In this document: positions 11,149-21,148 of the stretch, one piece after another | Layout of the letters: each line of letters starts with the position of its first letter | Numbering within the stretch: the first letter of the stretch is position 1 | From: Candidatus Methylomirabilia bacterium | Lineage (GTDB): Bacteria; Methylomirabilota; Methylomirabilia; Rokubacteriales; CSP1-6 | Reading direction: 5' to 3' | Assembly: GCA_046758965.1 (NCBI GenBank) | Contig: JBHIBG010000001.1 | Location: 32,001-96,000 of the forward strand | Length of the DNA: 64,000 nt | The notes under the pieces: model-generated | Told to the model about the DNA's origin: nothing | Database searches by the model: none | What the model saw: only the letters and a program-made list of their open reading frames with translations | Translations under genes and position numbers: made by a program

Positions 11149-14100
11149 ATGCGTCGCCACGCTGATTTCGTCCACCTTCACGTCCACTCCGAGTACAGCC
11201 TCCTGGACGGGGCCGCGCCACTGGAGCGGCTGGTGGCCAAGGCGCGCGAGCTTCGTTTCCCGGCCCTGGCGCTGACGGATCACGGCAACCTGTTCGGGGC
11301 CATCGACTTCTACCTGGCGTGCCAGAAGGCGGGGATCAAACCCCTGATCGGTGCGGAGCTCTACGTCGCGCCGGGCAGCCGGTTCGAGCGGGGAACGCTC
11401 GACGGCTCGTACGAAGGCGCCAACCACCTCACCGTGCTTGTCCGCAATCTTGTCGGATACAAGAATCTCCTGAAGCTGGTTTCGAAGGCCTACCTGGAAG
11501 GGTTCTACTACAAACCCCGGGTGGACCGCGAGCTGTTGGCTCAGCATGCGGACGGACTTCTCGTCCTCTCCGGGTGCCTGAACTCCGAGGTCTCGCGGCT
11601 TCTCTCCGAGGGCGAAACGGCCAAGGCTCGCCAGGTTGCCGGGTGGCACCAGGAGGTCTTCGGCAAGGACGCCTACTTCCTGGAGGTCCAGTCCCACGGC
11701 ATGGCTGAGCAGCGGCAGGTTACCGAGGCGACGCTTGAGATCGCCCGAGCTCTCGGGGCGCCCGTGGTCGGAACCAACGACTCCCATTACCTGGAGGCGA
11801 ACCATGCCCAGGCCCACGAGGTGCTCCTCTGCATCCAGACCGGGACGACCATCAGGGACCCAAACCGCTGGCGGTTCACCTCAGACCAGTTCTATCTGAA
11901 GTCTGCCGAGGAAATGCGGCAGGTCTTTGCCGAGCTCCCCGAGGCCGTGGCCAACAGTCTGTCCGTGGCCGAGCGGTGCAACCTGGAACTGAGCTTCGAG
12001 AACGTCCACCTGCCGCGCTATCAGGTCCCCTCAGGGCACTCTCTGGAGAGCTACCTGGAAGAGCTGGCCTGGGAGGGGTGTCGGGGTCGCTACGGTGACC
12101 CCCCGCCGGAGGCGATCGCTGACCGCCTTGGGCGGGAGCTGGCGGTTATCGAAAAGATGGATTTCGCCGGCTACTTCCTGGTGGTCTGGGACTTTATCCG
12201 CTACGCCAAGTCTCGGGGCATTGCTGTGGGGCCCGGGCGCGGCTCCTCGGCGGGCTCCGTGGTGGCCTACGTGCTCGGGATTACCAACATCGATCCGATC
12301 CAGTACGGCTTGCTCTTTGAGCGCTTCCTGAACCCTGAGCGGGTCTCTATGCCGGACATGGACATCGACTTCTCTGATGACCGGCGGGACGAGGTGATCG
12401 AGTACGTGGCGGAGAAGTACGGCCGCGACAACGTGGCGCAGATCATCACCTTCGGGACCTTGGGAGCCAAGGCGGTTATCCGGGATGTGGGGCGCGCCCT
12501 CGGAATGGCCTATAGCGACGTGGACCGAATCGCCAAGTTGGTCCCCGGCCAGCTGAACATCACCCTGGATGACGCGCTCTCCAAATCTCCACCGCTCGCC
12601 GAGGCGGTGCGGAGCCGGCAGGAGGTGGCGCAGCTCTGGGAGATGGCCGGGGTGCTCGAAGGGCTCACGCGGCACGCCTCGACCCATGCGGCCGGTGTCG
12701 TGATCTCGGACGAGCCCTTGATCGAGCACGTCCCCCTCTACAAGGACCCGAAGCGGGATGATGTGGTGACCGGCTACGCCATGGGCCCCATTGAGAAGAT
12801 CGGGCTCCTCAAGATGGACTTCCTGGGACTGCGGACCCTCACGGTGATCGCCAATACGGTGAAGCTGGTGGCGGCGTCCCGGGGCCTATCCCTGGATCCG
12901 GATGTGATCCCCTTCGACGATCGCAAGACCTACCAGCTCCTCTCGGAGGCGAAGACGTTCGGGGTCTTCCAGCTGGAGTCGGCAGGCATGCGGGATCTGC
13001 TCCGTCGGTTAAAGCCTGAGCGGCTGGAGGACGTTATTGCCTTGGTAGCGCTCTACCGGCCCGGGCCGATGGAGATGATTCCCGAATTCATCAACCGGCG
13101 GCACGGTCGGGCGAAGATCACCTACGATCATGCGCTCCTTGAGCCGATCCTGAAGGAGACCTACGGAATCTGCACGTATCAGGAGCAGGTGATGCAGATC
13201 GCGGCGGTCTTGGCGGGGTTCTCCATGAGCGAAGCGGACATCCTCCGGAGGGCCATGGGGAAGAAGAACCCGGAGATGATGGCTCAGCAACGGGAGCAGT
13301 TCGTACGGGGCGCGACGGCTCGGGGGATCGACGAGCGAAGAGCGGGGAAGATCTTCGATATGCTGGCGCCGTTCGCGGGGTATGCCTTCAACAAGTGCCT
13401 GACCGGAGACGCCCAGATCGAAATGGCCGACGGTACCCTCAGGCGTATCACCGACGTGCGCGACGGAAACCTCGTGCTGACCAAGGATGGCCCATTCAGG
13501 GCCTTTGGAGTGCGGCCGAGTGGAATCCGGCGCGTTGGGCGGCTCGTGCTCGCCAACGGCATGACCGTGCGCTGCACTCCCGACCACCCCGTCTTCACCC
13601 AGCGCGGCTGGGTGAACGCGGAGGACCTTTCCGGCAGCGACTTTGTGGCCGTCGCGCGCGAGCTTTCCTGCGGCAGGCAGCCGGTTCCGAACCATTTCCC
13701 CGGCCTCCTCGGGTATGCCCTTTCCGAAGGAGGCTTGGGGTACGACAGCCATTTCTACCTGTATTCCACTGACCCGGATGAGATCCGAGACATGGGCCAA
13801 ATTCTCTCGGCCTTCGCGAACACCTCGCTCCGGGTTGAGGCGCGTCCCGGCGGCAGGACGCGGGCGATCCGGCCCGTGAGAGTTGATCCGAAAACTCCGT
13901 CAGCGGCCGTTGAATTTCTCTTACACGAATGCGGGTTACAGGGCAAAACTGCGCTGAACAAGCGGGTTCCTCCGGTAGTGGGTCGATGGAATCGGGAAGC
14001 CATTTCGGTTCTCGTGGCGAAGCTCTTCCAGGGGGATGGGTGCATCCATCCGAAGAGCCGATCCATCTTTTACGCAACGTCTTCGGAGGGGTTGGCCTGG

Positions 14101-15954
14101 GATGTTCGCCGGCTCCTCCTAAAGCTCGGTATCCCCTCGACGATCCACCGAAAGACGTTCGCCTACCGGAACGCGCGCCGGGTGGGGTACACGGTCAACC
14201 TGCTCGGGGGACGCTCGACCTACTCGAGATTCCAGGCACTCGTGGGTTCCTATCTGGTTGGGAAGAGGCAGGCGGCCTTGGCCACGCTCGAGGCGTCGTA
14301 CGCTGGCACGAGGGCCCTCTTCGCAGGCGGGACGGTGGATCTGCTCCCACTGCAGCTCTGTCGGGAGCCGGTGCGACAGGCGATTCGAAAATGCTTCGAC
14401 AGCTTGAAGGCCGGGTGTCGAGCGCTCGGGGTTGCATACAGGCTCCTGTTCGCCGATGGGCGGAAAGGCGGGATTCGCCGGGATACGCTCGAGTACCTGG
14501 CCGAGCAGCTCGGCTCCCCGGAGCTTGACGCGATCGCTCGATCCTCCATTGCGTGGTCGAGACTCAGGAAGTTTGTCGTCGAGGACGTCGAGCCGACCTA
14601 CGACTTCGAAGTCCCGGGGGCCGAGAGCTTTATCGCCAACGGGATCGTCGTCCACAACTCCCACGCCGCGGCGTACGCCGTGGTCGCGTACCAGACTGCC
14701 TACCTCAAGGCCAACTACCCCGTGGAGTTTATGGCTGCGCTGCTCACCTCTGAGATGGGGGACTCCGACAAGATCGTGAGGTACATCGAGGAATGCCGGG
14801 AGATGGGAATCCGGGTCCTGCCACCCGACGTCAACAGCTCATCTACCCAGTTTCGAGTGGTCGGGGAGACGATCCAGTTCGGTCTCGCCGCGATCAAGAA
14901 CGTCGGCGAGGCGGCGATCGAGTCCATTCTGAAAACTCGCGCGCCTGAGAGCCCCTTCAGCTTCCTGAGTGACTTCTGCCGTCGGGTGGATGTGCGCCTG
15001 GTCAACCGCCGGGTCATCGAAAGCCTGATCAAGGCCGGAGCCTTCGACTCGCTCCGAGTGAGCCGGGCCCACCTCCTCGCCTCGCTTGACCAGGCCCTGG
15101 AGGCGGGACAGCGCCATCAGCGGGACCGCCAGGAAGGACAGGCCTCGCTCTTGGACCTGTTTGAGGAACCGCCGATCAGCGCTGGTACGGCCGAGGAGCC
15201 AGCGCTCCCCGAGTGGGACTCCGACCAGCTTCTGGCGTATGAGAAGGAGGTGCTGGGGTTCTACCTCTCCGGCCACCCGCTCTCCCGGTTCCAACCCCTG
15301 GCTCAGCGGTGGGGCGTGACCCCTCTGGGGGATCTGGGAGGGAAGAGCTTGGGGTCACGAGTCTTGCTTTTGGGCCAGGTGGCAGCCCTGAAGGAGATCC
15401 CCACGAAGAGCGGTGACCGCATGGCCTTTGCCACGCTGGAGGACATGGGCGGGAGCGTGGAGCTTACGGTGTTCCCGGGGCCGTTTCGCACAGCAGCGCC
15501 GCTACTCCGGGCTCAGGCGCCTGTCCTGGTGCGGGGGCGCGTGGACGAGAGTGAGCGGGGACGTGTGGTGCTGGCCGAGGAGATCCGCCCGCTGCAGGAG
15601 AGCGGGTTCCCTGATCCGGCTCGACCTGGCGTCGGGGAGCCCCCGGGCACCCTGGGCGTGCGGTCGGACCTCTCCGGGGTCCAACCCGTGCCGGATCCTT
15701 TCGAAGCCTCACCCATTCCGCTGGCCCAGGCCTGCCGAATCCGGGTTCCTGCCACGGCCGATGCCCGGATCGTTCTGGACGCTCTCAGGCGTTGCTGTGC
15801 CGAGCATCGGGGGAGCGTGCCCCTGTTTCTCCATCTCCTGCTGTCGGGGCAGGAGGTCGTCGTCCATGTCGGGGCCTTCTCCGTGGCTCCGGCCGGGGAA
15901 CTGGTCTCGAGGGTCGAGGCACTCCTGGGGCAGGGGAGCATCATCGTCGAATAG
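11149..15954 (+). CDS. dnaE: DNA polymerase III alpha subunit (intein-containing)
   Basis: PHP domain HLHVHSEYSLLDG, GRGSSAGS, MPDMDIDF, KMDFLGL, C-terminal OB fold. Confidence 0.98.
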   Translation: MRRHADFVHLHVHSEYSLLDGAAPLERLVAKARELRFPALALTDHGNLFGAIDFYLACQKAGIKPLIGAELYVAPGSRFERGTLDGSYEGANHLTVLVRNLVGYKNLLKLVSKAYLEGFYYKPRVDRELLAQHADGLLVLSGCLNSEVSRLLSEGETAKARQVAGWHQEVFGKDAYFLEVQSHGMAEQRQVTEATLEIARALGAPVVGTNDSHYLEANHAQAHEVLLCIQTGTTIRDPNRWRFTSDQFYLKSAEEMRQVFAELPEAVANSLSVAERCNLELSFENVHLPRYQVPSGHSLESYLEELAWEGCRGRYGDPPPEAIADRLGRELAVIEKMDFAGYFLVVWDFIRYAKSRGIAVGPGRGSSAGSVVAYVLGITNIDPIQYGLLFERFLNPERVSMPDMDIDFSDDRRDEVIEYVAEKYGRDNVAQIITFGTLGAKAVIRDVGRALGMAYSDVDRIAKLVPGQLNITLDDALSKSPPLAEAVRSRQEVAQLWEMAGVLEGLTRHASTHAAGVVISDEPLIEHVPLYKDPKRDDVVTGYAMGPIEKIGLLKMDFLGLRTLTVIANTVKLVAASRGLSLDPDVIPFDDRKTYQLLSEAKTFGVFQLESAGMRDLLRRLKPERLEDVIALVALYRPGPMEMIPEFINRRHGRAKITYDHALLEPILKETYGICTYQEQVMQIAAVLAGFSMSEADILRRAMGKKNPEMMAQQREQFVRGATARGIDERRAGKIFDMLAPFAGYAFNKCLTGDAQIEMADGTLRRITDVRDGNLVLTKDGPFRAFGVRPSGIRRVGRLVLANGMTVRCTPDHPVFTQRGWVNAEDLSGSDFVAVARELSCGRQPVPNHFPGLLGYALSEGGLGYDSHFYLYSTDPDEIRDMGQILSAFANTSLRVEARPGGRTRAIRPVRVDPKTPSAAVEFLLHECGLQGKTALNKRVPPVVGRWNREAISVLVAKLFQGDGCIHPKSRSIFYATSSEGLAWDVRRLLLKLGIPSTIHRKTFAYRNARRVGYTVNLLGGRSTYSRFQALVGSYLVGKRQAALATLEASYAGTRALFAGGTVDLLPLQLCREPVRQAIRKCFDSLKAGCRALGVAYRLLFADGRKGGIRRDTLEYLAEQLGSPELDAIARSSIAWSRLRKFVVEDVEPTYDFEVPGAESFIANGIVVHNSHAAAYAVVAYQTAYLKANYPVEFMAALLTSEMGDSDKIVRYIEECREMGIRVLPPDVNSSSTQFRVVGETIQFGLAAIKNVGEAAIESILKTRAPESPFSFLSDFCRRVDVRLVNRRVIESLIKAGAFDSLRVSRAHLLASLDQALEAGQRHQRDRQEGQASLLDLFEEPPISAGTAEEPALPEWDSDQLLAYEKEVLGFYLSGHPLSRFQPLAQRWGVTPLGDLGGKSLGSRVLLLGQVAALKEIPTKSGDRMAFATLEDMGGSVELTVFPGPFRTAAPLLRAQAPVLVRGRVDESERGRVVLAEEIRPLQESGFPDPARPGVGEPPGTLGVRSDLSGVQPVPDPFEASPIPLAQACRIRVPATADARIVLDALRRCCAEHRGSVPLFLHLLLSGQEVVVHVGAFSVAPAGELVSRVEALLGQGSIIVE
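13396..14658 (+). mobile_element. Intein with LAGLIDADG homing endonuclease domain (421 aa)
   Basis: Junctions YAFNK|CLTGD and GIVVHN|SHAAAY; block B CTPDHPV; block F YDFEV; LAGLIDADG-like LLGYALSEG and VAKLFQGDG. Confidence 0.95.
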
Positions 15955-15980
15955 TGAGGGGGCGCGACGACAAGGTGCGG

Positions 15981-16985
15981 CTACGGGGGCCCGGAGTCCA
16001 CGAGTGCCAGCGCGGTGTCCTCATCCGTGACCAGCACGTTCATGAAGTGCCCCCGCAGGGCTCCCAGGATCGCCTCCAGCTTTTGTTTCCCTCCCGCCAC
16101 GGCGATCACATATTTGCCGTATGAGCCAGACATCTCTCTGAGCCGGACCGCGCTGACGGCCAGCACGCGCCGGGTGAGCCTGCGAAGCTCTCTGCGCTCG
16201 GTCAGGGTCCCTTGAGCGTCGAATGGCTGATAGTTGATCTCACCGACGACGCCTAGGGCTTTGAGCGTCTTGACGCTGACCCCGTATGACTCGGCCAGCG
16301 AGCAGAAGCCTGGTGTATCTTCTCCGATCATCCCGATCCCGACCAGGGAGATCTGGACATCCTGGGCCCCATCGTAGATCCGGCGGATCTCTTGGTTCTT
16401 TAGCAGCCGGCGCCGCTCAGCCTCGATCTGTTGCGGCGCGCCCGGGAGCTGCGCCGGGAGCGCGTAGGCGGTCACGTGAGGGCGATACTTCGCGGCCATC
16501 ATCCCGACGAGGGTGTTGGGGAAGAGATCGACCAGCTTGAGGGTGCTTTCAGCCGACAGGGGAAACAGGCTGAGGTTGCGGAACCGGCGCTCTCGCAGCT
16601 GATGAATGGTCTGGTACAGGGTGAAGCCGCAGGAGAGCCCCACCGAGATCCCGTTGGCCGCGACCCGCTCGAAGTATCGGGCTGCGGCCGCCCCCAGGTC
16701 CCTCCTCAGTTCCCCCTCGCTGCCCGCCGGGATGACGACCGCGTCGCGGAGGCCAAAGCGTTCCACGAGCGAGGCCTCCAACCTGGGGTTCTGGGGGAGG
16801 TCGAGCTCCACGCGGATCCATCCTTCCGCAAAGGCGCGTTTGAGGAGGCGCGAGACCTTGGAAGAGGAGAGCCCGAGCGCCTTGGCGATCTCCTTCTGGT
16901 GCTTTCGGTGGCGGTAGTGAAGCTCAAGGCATTGGATCATCTGGCGGAGCTCCTGCGGGGAGCCGAGATCGTGAGCGAGCCTCAT
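15981..16985 (-). CDS. SorC/DeoR(CggR)-family sugar-phosphate-binding transcriptional regulator
   Basis: HTH QKEIAKALGLSSSKVSRLL, then sugar-binding domain (FGLRDAVV, GLSCGFT, VAGGKQKLEAI, LVTDE). Confidence 0.92.
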   Translation of the reverse strand: MRLAHDLGSPQELRQMIQCLELHYRHRKHQKEIAKALGLSSSKVSRLLKRAFAEGWIRVELDLPQNPRLEASLVERFGLRDAVVIPAGSEGELRRDLGAAAARYFERVAANGISVGLSCGFTLYQTIHQLRERRFRNLSLFPLSAESTLKLVDLFPNTLVGMMAAKYRPHVTAYALPAQLPGAPQQIEAERRRLLKNQEIRRIYDGAQDVQISLVGIGMIGEDTPGFCSLAESYGVSVKTLKALGVVGEINYQPFDAQGTLTERRELRRLTRRVLAVSAVRLREMSGSYGKYVIAVAGGKQKLEAILGALRGHFMNVLVTDEDTALALVDSGPP

Positions 16986-17058
16986 GAAATAAATTTCACC
17001 TCTCTGTAGTTTTTGCTTGACACCGTGAATTGTATCACGGTATGATAAATGTCGTCTA
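16985..17058. promoter_or_regulatory. Overlapping divergent promoters with palindromic operators
   Basis: + strand TTGACA(17017)-18-TATGAT(17041); - strand TAGACG-18-TACAAT; palindromes TGAAAT-AA-ATTTCA (16985-16998) and ACCGTGA-N6-TCACGGT (17022-17041). Confidence 0.7.
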
Positions 17059-17112
17059 TCTATTCGCCCTCTCTTTTCCCATCGACGTTTCTCTCTCATC
17101 AAGGAGGTGACA

Positions 17113-18573
17113 ATGAGAGCGCAGAAGCGTTATCCGGGCAGCCGGAAAGGGCGGCCCTCGCTTTCTGAGTATCATCAGTCCAAGGACAACCTCGCGGATC
17201 TCCCTCAAACGACAGCGGAAAAGATCGCGGTGACCAACACGCCGAACCTCTTCTCCTACAAGTCGTACGTGTTCGCCAAGACGCCCGAGCTGGTGAGGCG
17301 CTTCATCAAGGCGACCAAGGCTGACGTGGGTGGGGTGGGGGGGCACGTGGTGGCGGCCGAGGAGGTCAAGGCGGTCGTCACCAAGTTTGTCATGGAGAAC
17401 AATGCCTTCCAGGGCGAGCCCGTCTTCAGCTCATTCATGGTCACCCATACCGGCGATGACGTGGCAGTGACCGGGGTCATGTCCGAGCACACGCCGATGG
17501 AGGTGGTGGATGAGCTGCTCTGGGACGCCTTCACGCTCGGGGCTGACAAAGCCACCGAGCTGGGGCTCTACGGCCCGGGGCAGGACTTGGTGGCGGATGC
17601 GTTCACGGGGAACTTGCGCGGAGCTGGACCCGCCACGGTGGTGCTCCCGCTTCCGGTGCGGCCGGAGAACCCGTCCCAGACGGTGCTGGTCTCCTTCGCC
17701 GACAAGACCGAGCCCGTCGCGTTCAACTATTACGCCACCGGGGCCTACCTGCTCCCCCGCTTCAACTCGGGGCTGACCATCGCCTCCTCCAGGATGAAGC
17801 GCGGCTACCTCATGGAGATCGTGGACCTGGACACCAAGGCCCAGGCTATCGAGGCGGGCGTCCACCCGAGGGATCAAAAAGCCCTGGATGGCAAGATGGA
17901 AGAGCTGGCAAAAGGACTCCAGGAGAAGGTGATCGCGCTTCGCTCTCCCGAGGACCTGTTCGACATCGAGGGGCTCTGCCGCTCCTCCCGCTTCGTCGTG
18001 GCCCGGATCTGGACGCGCGATGAGAAGGCGGAAAATGGCGAGCTCGGGTACGTGGTCTCCGCCGAGCGCCTGCATAACATCCAGACCAAGAAGGGGTTCA
18101 CCTATGGCGGGAAGGATGACCCTGTGCTCTTGGCTTTCGCCCAGGGAGACTGGCCGGCACCGGGGGAGATCACCTCGCCTTGGGCGACCTGCCCCATGGT
18201 GGCTGGCGACTGCCGCGGCAGTCACAACCTCCATATTCTCCCGGTTCCGATCAACTGGCAGACCTCCTACTGGTCTGGCCCCATCCTCTCAGCGGTCACG
18301 CTCTCGGTGAACATCCACGCCGGGCGCATTGGGGCGGTCTCAGACCAGTTCGCGCTGGGGACGCCGTGGGACTACGTCCGGCAGCGCGCCTCCGAGCTGG
18401 CCATTCAGTTCCGTACCGCCCACGGGATCCGGCAGCCAGCCACCCTCCACGAGGATGAGTTGGAGTACCAGGAAGGCTGGAAACAGCGCCGCGCCCGGCT
18501 CGAGAAGCAGTTCGAAGTGAAGCCTCCGCTTGTCTGGAATGGCGGCGGAAGGAAGGCCACCGTTCTGACCTAA
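17113..18573 (+). CDS. Fructose-1,6-bisphosphate aldolase/phosphatase (class V FBPase) family, extended variant
   Basis: KADVGGVGGH, HTGDD, GLYGPGQDL.DAFTGN, ADKTEP, YGGKDDP (Schiff-base Lys), ELEY; AAGGAGG RBS. Confidence 0.9.
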   Translation: MRAQKRYPGSRKGRPSLSEYHQSKDNLADLPQTTAEKIAVTNTPNLFSYKSYVFAKTPELVRRFIKATKADVGGVGGHVVAAEEVKAVVTKFVMENNAFQGEPVFSSFMVTHTGDDVAVTGVMSEHTPMEVVDELLWDAFTLGADKATELGLYGPGQDLVADAFTGNLRGAGPATVVLPLPVRPENPSQTVLVSFADKTEPVAFNYYATGAYLLPRFNSGLTIASSRMKRGYLMEIVDLDTKAQAIEAGVHPRDQKALDGKMEELAKGLQEKVIALRSPEDLFDIEGLCRSSRFVVARIWTRDEKAENGELGYVVSAERLHNIQTKKGFTYGGKDDPVLLAFAQGDWPAPGEITSPWATCPMVAGDCRGSHNLHILPVPINWQTSYWSGPILSAVTLSVNIHAGRIGAVSDQFALGTPWDYVRQRASELAIQFRTAHGIRQPATLHEDELEYQEGWKQRRARLEKQFEVKPPLVWNGGGRKATVLT

Positions 18574-18635
18574 GAGGGCCATAGAGCTGAGCGAGCGAGG
18601 TCGGCTCGAGCTTTGACGGTCTTTCGTCTCCCCGG

Positions 18636-18671
18636 AAGCCGGCCGCCGGATGCCTTCGGCGGCCGGCTTTT
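18636..18671 (+). terminator. Rho-independent terminator
   Basis: AAGCCGGCCGCCG/CGGCGGCCGGCTT stem followed by a T-rich tract. Confidence 0.8.
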
Positions 18672-18883
18672 ATTGCCGTTTTATTGACAAGACCATTCGG
18701 GGGTGGTAAACCTAATCTAAGTGCAACCTACAAGCATTTTCGCGGTTTCCCACGGCTCAGCTCCACCTCATCACGTAAGGCTGTCAGAGGAGCAAGTACG
18801 ACTCGGAGTGGGCGGCAGGCCTGGAGCTCCCAACACGGGGCATCGTCTCCGGGGCGAGTTGGCTTGAGGAGGAGGACGGGATT

Positions 18884-19387
18884 ATGTGGGTGGAGATGAA
18901 AGTCCGCGGGCTTGCCCTTGACCCGCTGTCTAACATGCCGATTATCATCCTGCGGGACGAGGAGGAGAAGAGCTCGCTCCCCATCTGGGTGGGGATCTTC
19001 GAGGCCAACGCCATTGCCCTGGAGCTAGAGAAGATCGCGACGCCGCGGCCCATGACGCACGACCTGATCAAGAACATCCTGGAGGCCCTGGAGGCCAGGG
19101 TGGCCAAGGTGGTGGTCAACGACCTCCGGGAGAACACCTTCTTCGCGGTGATCCACCTTCAACTCGGCAGATCGGAGATCACCGTGGACTCCCGCCCCTC
19201 GGATGCCATCGCGCTCGCCTTACGCGTGGGGGCTCCGATTTTCGTTGACGAAGACGTGGTGAAGAGGTCGAAGAGCGTGGAGGTCGTCAAGGAAGGGGAG
19301 ACGGTCAACCCCGAGGACCGCGAGAAGCTCAAGGAGTGGCTTGAGAACCTCAAGCCCGAGGATTTCGACAAGTTCAACAAGATGTGA
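18884..19387 (+). CDS. Bifunctional nuclease family protein (DUF151)
   Basis: [31 protein letters not shown]. Confidence 0.95.
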   Translation: MWVEMKVRGLALDPLSNMPIIILRDEEEKSSLPIWVGIFEANAIALELEKIATPRPMTHDLIKNILEALEARVAKVVVNDLRENTFFAVIHLQLGRSEITVDSRPSDAIALALRVGAPIFVDEDVVKRSKSVEVVKEGETVNPEDREKLKEWLENLKPEDFDKFNKM

Positions 19388-20232
19388 GCACACCGGGTGA
19401 AAGCATGACCGACCAGCAACGCGAAGCCGCCATGATGGCGAGGATCCAAGCCGGGGAGCGTATCGAGTCCGCAGAGGAGACGACTGCGGAGTACCGGTCG
19501 AACCTGATCCACCTGATGACAATGCAAGCAGACTCAGAGCTGGCGGGGGGCTACGGGTATGTGCCCTGGATTATGAAGGCGCCCACCGTGGAGGAAAAGT
19601 ACGTGGTAGCCCAGATCGTGAAAGATGAGATCCGCCACGGATCGGTCATGTACGGGCTTCTGGCGGACCTCGGATTTGACGTGGAGGCTCACCTCGGCAC
19701 CCATGACCAGGTCTTCGGGATGCGGACCGAAGCCGAGGCTGATCTCGGCACGCGCCGGATTAGCTCCGACAAGCGGGTCAATATCTTCTACTATCCGATC
19801 GATACCTGGGCAGACTTCGTCTTCTTCAACTTCTGCATGGATCGGGGCGCCGGGCACCAGCTGGAGGACGTCCGTCACTGCTCCTACGGCCCCTGGGTGC
19901 GCGCGATCGAAGGGATCTTCAAGGAGGAGAAGTTTCACATCCGCCACGGCGAGTACTGGGTCAAGAGGCTCGCCGAGGACCCGCGCACCCGCGATGAGGC
20001 CCAGGCGACATTCGACACCTGGTATGCGCGGACGATGAACATCTTCGGGCGGCCCGGGTCAGCAAAGAACCGGCTCTATCGGAAGCTGCGTCTCAAAGTG
20101 CGGGACAACGACGAGGTTCGCCAGGCCTTCGCAGCCGAGGTCAAAGCGCTCTGCGCGCCGCTCGGCCTCTCGGTCCCGGAGTGGCAACCGGCCTGGGAGA
20201 AGCTCCCCGAGGAGGCCCAGATCCCCGGTTAG
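19384..20232 (+). CDS. PaaA-like ring-1,2-epoxidase diiron subunit
   Basis: Ferritin-like ligand motifs DSE, DEIRH, MDR, EEKFH; IFYYP..WAD and SYGP..RA resemble PaaA; start is GTG 19384 or ATG 19405. Confidence 0.85.
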   Translation: MSTPGESMTDQQREAAMMARIQAGERIESAEETTAEYRSNLIHLMTMQADSELAGGYGYVPWIMKAPTVEEKYVVAQIVKDEIRHGSVMYGLLADLGFDVEAHLGTHDQVFGMRTEAEADLGTRRISSDKRVNIFYYPIDTWADFVFFNFCMDRGAGHQLEDVRHCSYGPWVRAIEGIFKEEKFHIRHGEYWVKRLAEDPRTRDEAQATFDTWYARTMNIFGRPGSAKNRLYRKLRLKVRDNDEVRQAFAAEVKALCAPLGLSVPEWQPAWEKLPEEAQIPG

Positions 20233-20244
20233 CCGCGGTCCGAA

Positions 20245-20268
20245 AAAAGGCCCGAGGGCGGGCCTTTC
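20245..20268 (+). terminator. Probable terminator hairpin
   Basis: AAAGGCCCG-loop-CGGGCCTTT just after the PaaA-like gene. Confidence 0.55.
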
Positions 20269-20486
20269 TCTTGGCCTTTCCCGAGGGATGCGGCTGCCAT
20301 CACAATTTCGGATCGGGGTGGTGCGCCCAGCAGGGCGTTTCTGTTGCGACGACGGCTCCGTTTTTCGGGGTCCCCTCCTGCCAGCTAGCTCTCCATGTTT
20401 GCTCAAGTCGGGGGTTCCGCTCAACTCTGCATTGGACATCGTCTGAAGGATAAGGTCGCCCAACGCACGCATTTCGGTGCTCCTTT

Positions 20487-21148
20487 TTGAGTCCAGCGTT
20501 CGTCGCGGTACTGTTGCTTTCATGCTCGCCTGTTGTTGAGGACCGCGAACTCCCCGGGATGGTGAGACAGGCGGGTCCTCCGGAACAGCAGCAGCGCAGG
20601 CGAAGCGGGTTGCACCCCGTTTTCCCGGACGAAACCCGCTGTAAGGAACCCCTCTTTTGGCCTTGGCAGCAGGCACGGTGGTGAGCAAGGGGGAAGGGGG
20701 GCAGATGTTAGGCATCTACCTCTGGCTGCGGCATTCACCGGAAGACACCGGCCTGCCTTACTGGGTCTATTCGAAATACCAGCACCTCCAATCCCTTCCT
20801 CAACTGCCGATAGGTGCGAAGGTGGTCGTGGGGCAGGTGGTCGCACGTTCAGGCAAAACCGGCACCGTAGGGGGGCATTACGGCGCCGATGGGTATCCCC
20901 ATCTGCATCTCACGACGCGCAAGAGCCCAACCGGGGAGTATCAGATAACGGGCTCACGCGTGCGAGCACCGGGCTCGCATCAGATCGATCCGCTTGCGAT
21001 CTACCACCAGGCTAGCCCCAAGCCCAAAGAGTCAGGCGATCCGCCGCCCCGTGAAACGGCGGTTACAATCCCGTACGCGACCACCGATCGCCAGGTCTGG
21101 CCTTAGGGCACCCGTGTTGTGTGGCCGGTTGCCTGCCGGCTGAGGTAG
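20487..21148 (+). pseudogene. M23 peptidase pseudogene
   Basis: Lipoprotein-like N-terminus, then a frameshift/deletion removing the HxxxD region; YQHL, SGKTG and YPHLH retained; in-frame TAG at 21104 before the tail GTRVVWPVAC. Confidence 0.75.

Noticed and set aside
20417..20464. Integron attC-like fragments (CCGCTCAACTC...TTGGAC, GCCCAAC)
   Set aside because: No complete paired R/L box structure, no second attC and no intI in the window.
21104..21106. Recoded TAG (pyrrolysine or read-through) in the M23 gene
   Set aside because: The same gene is also frameshifted and lacks HxxxD, so decay is the simpler explanation.
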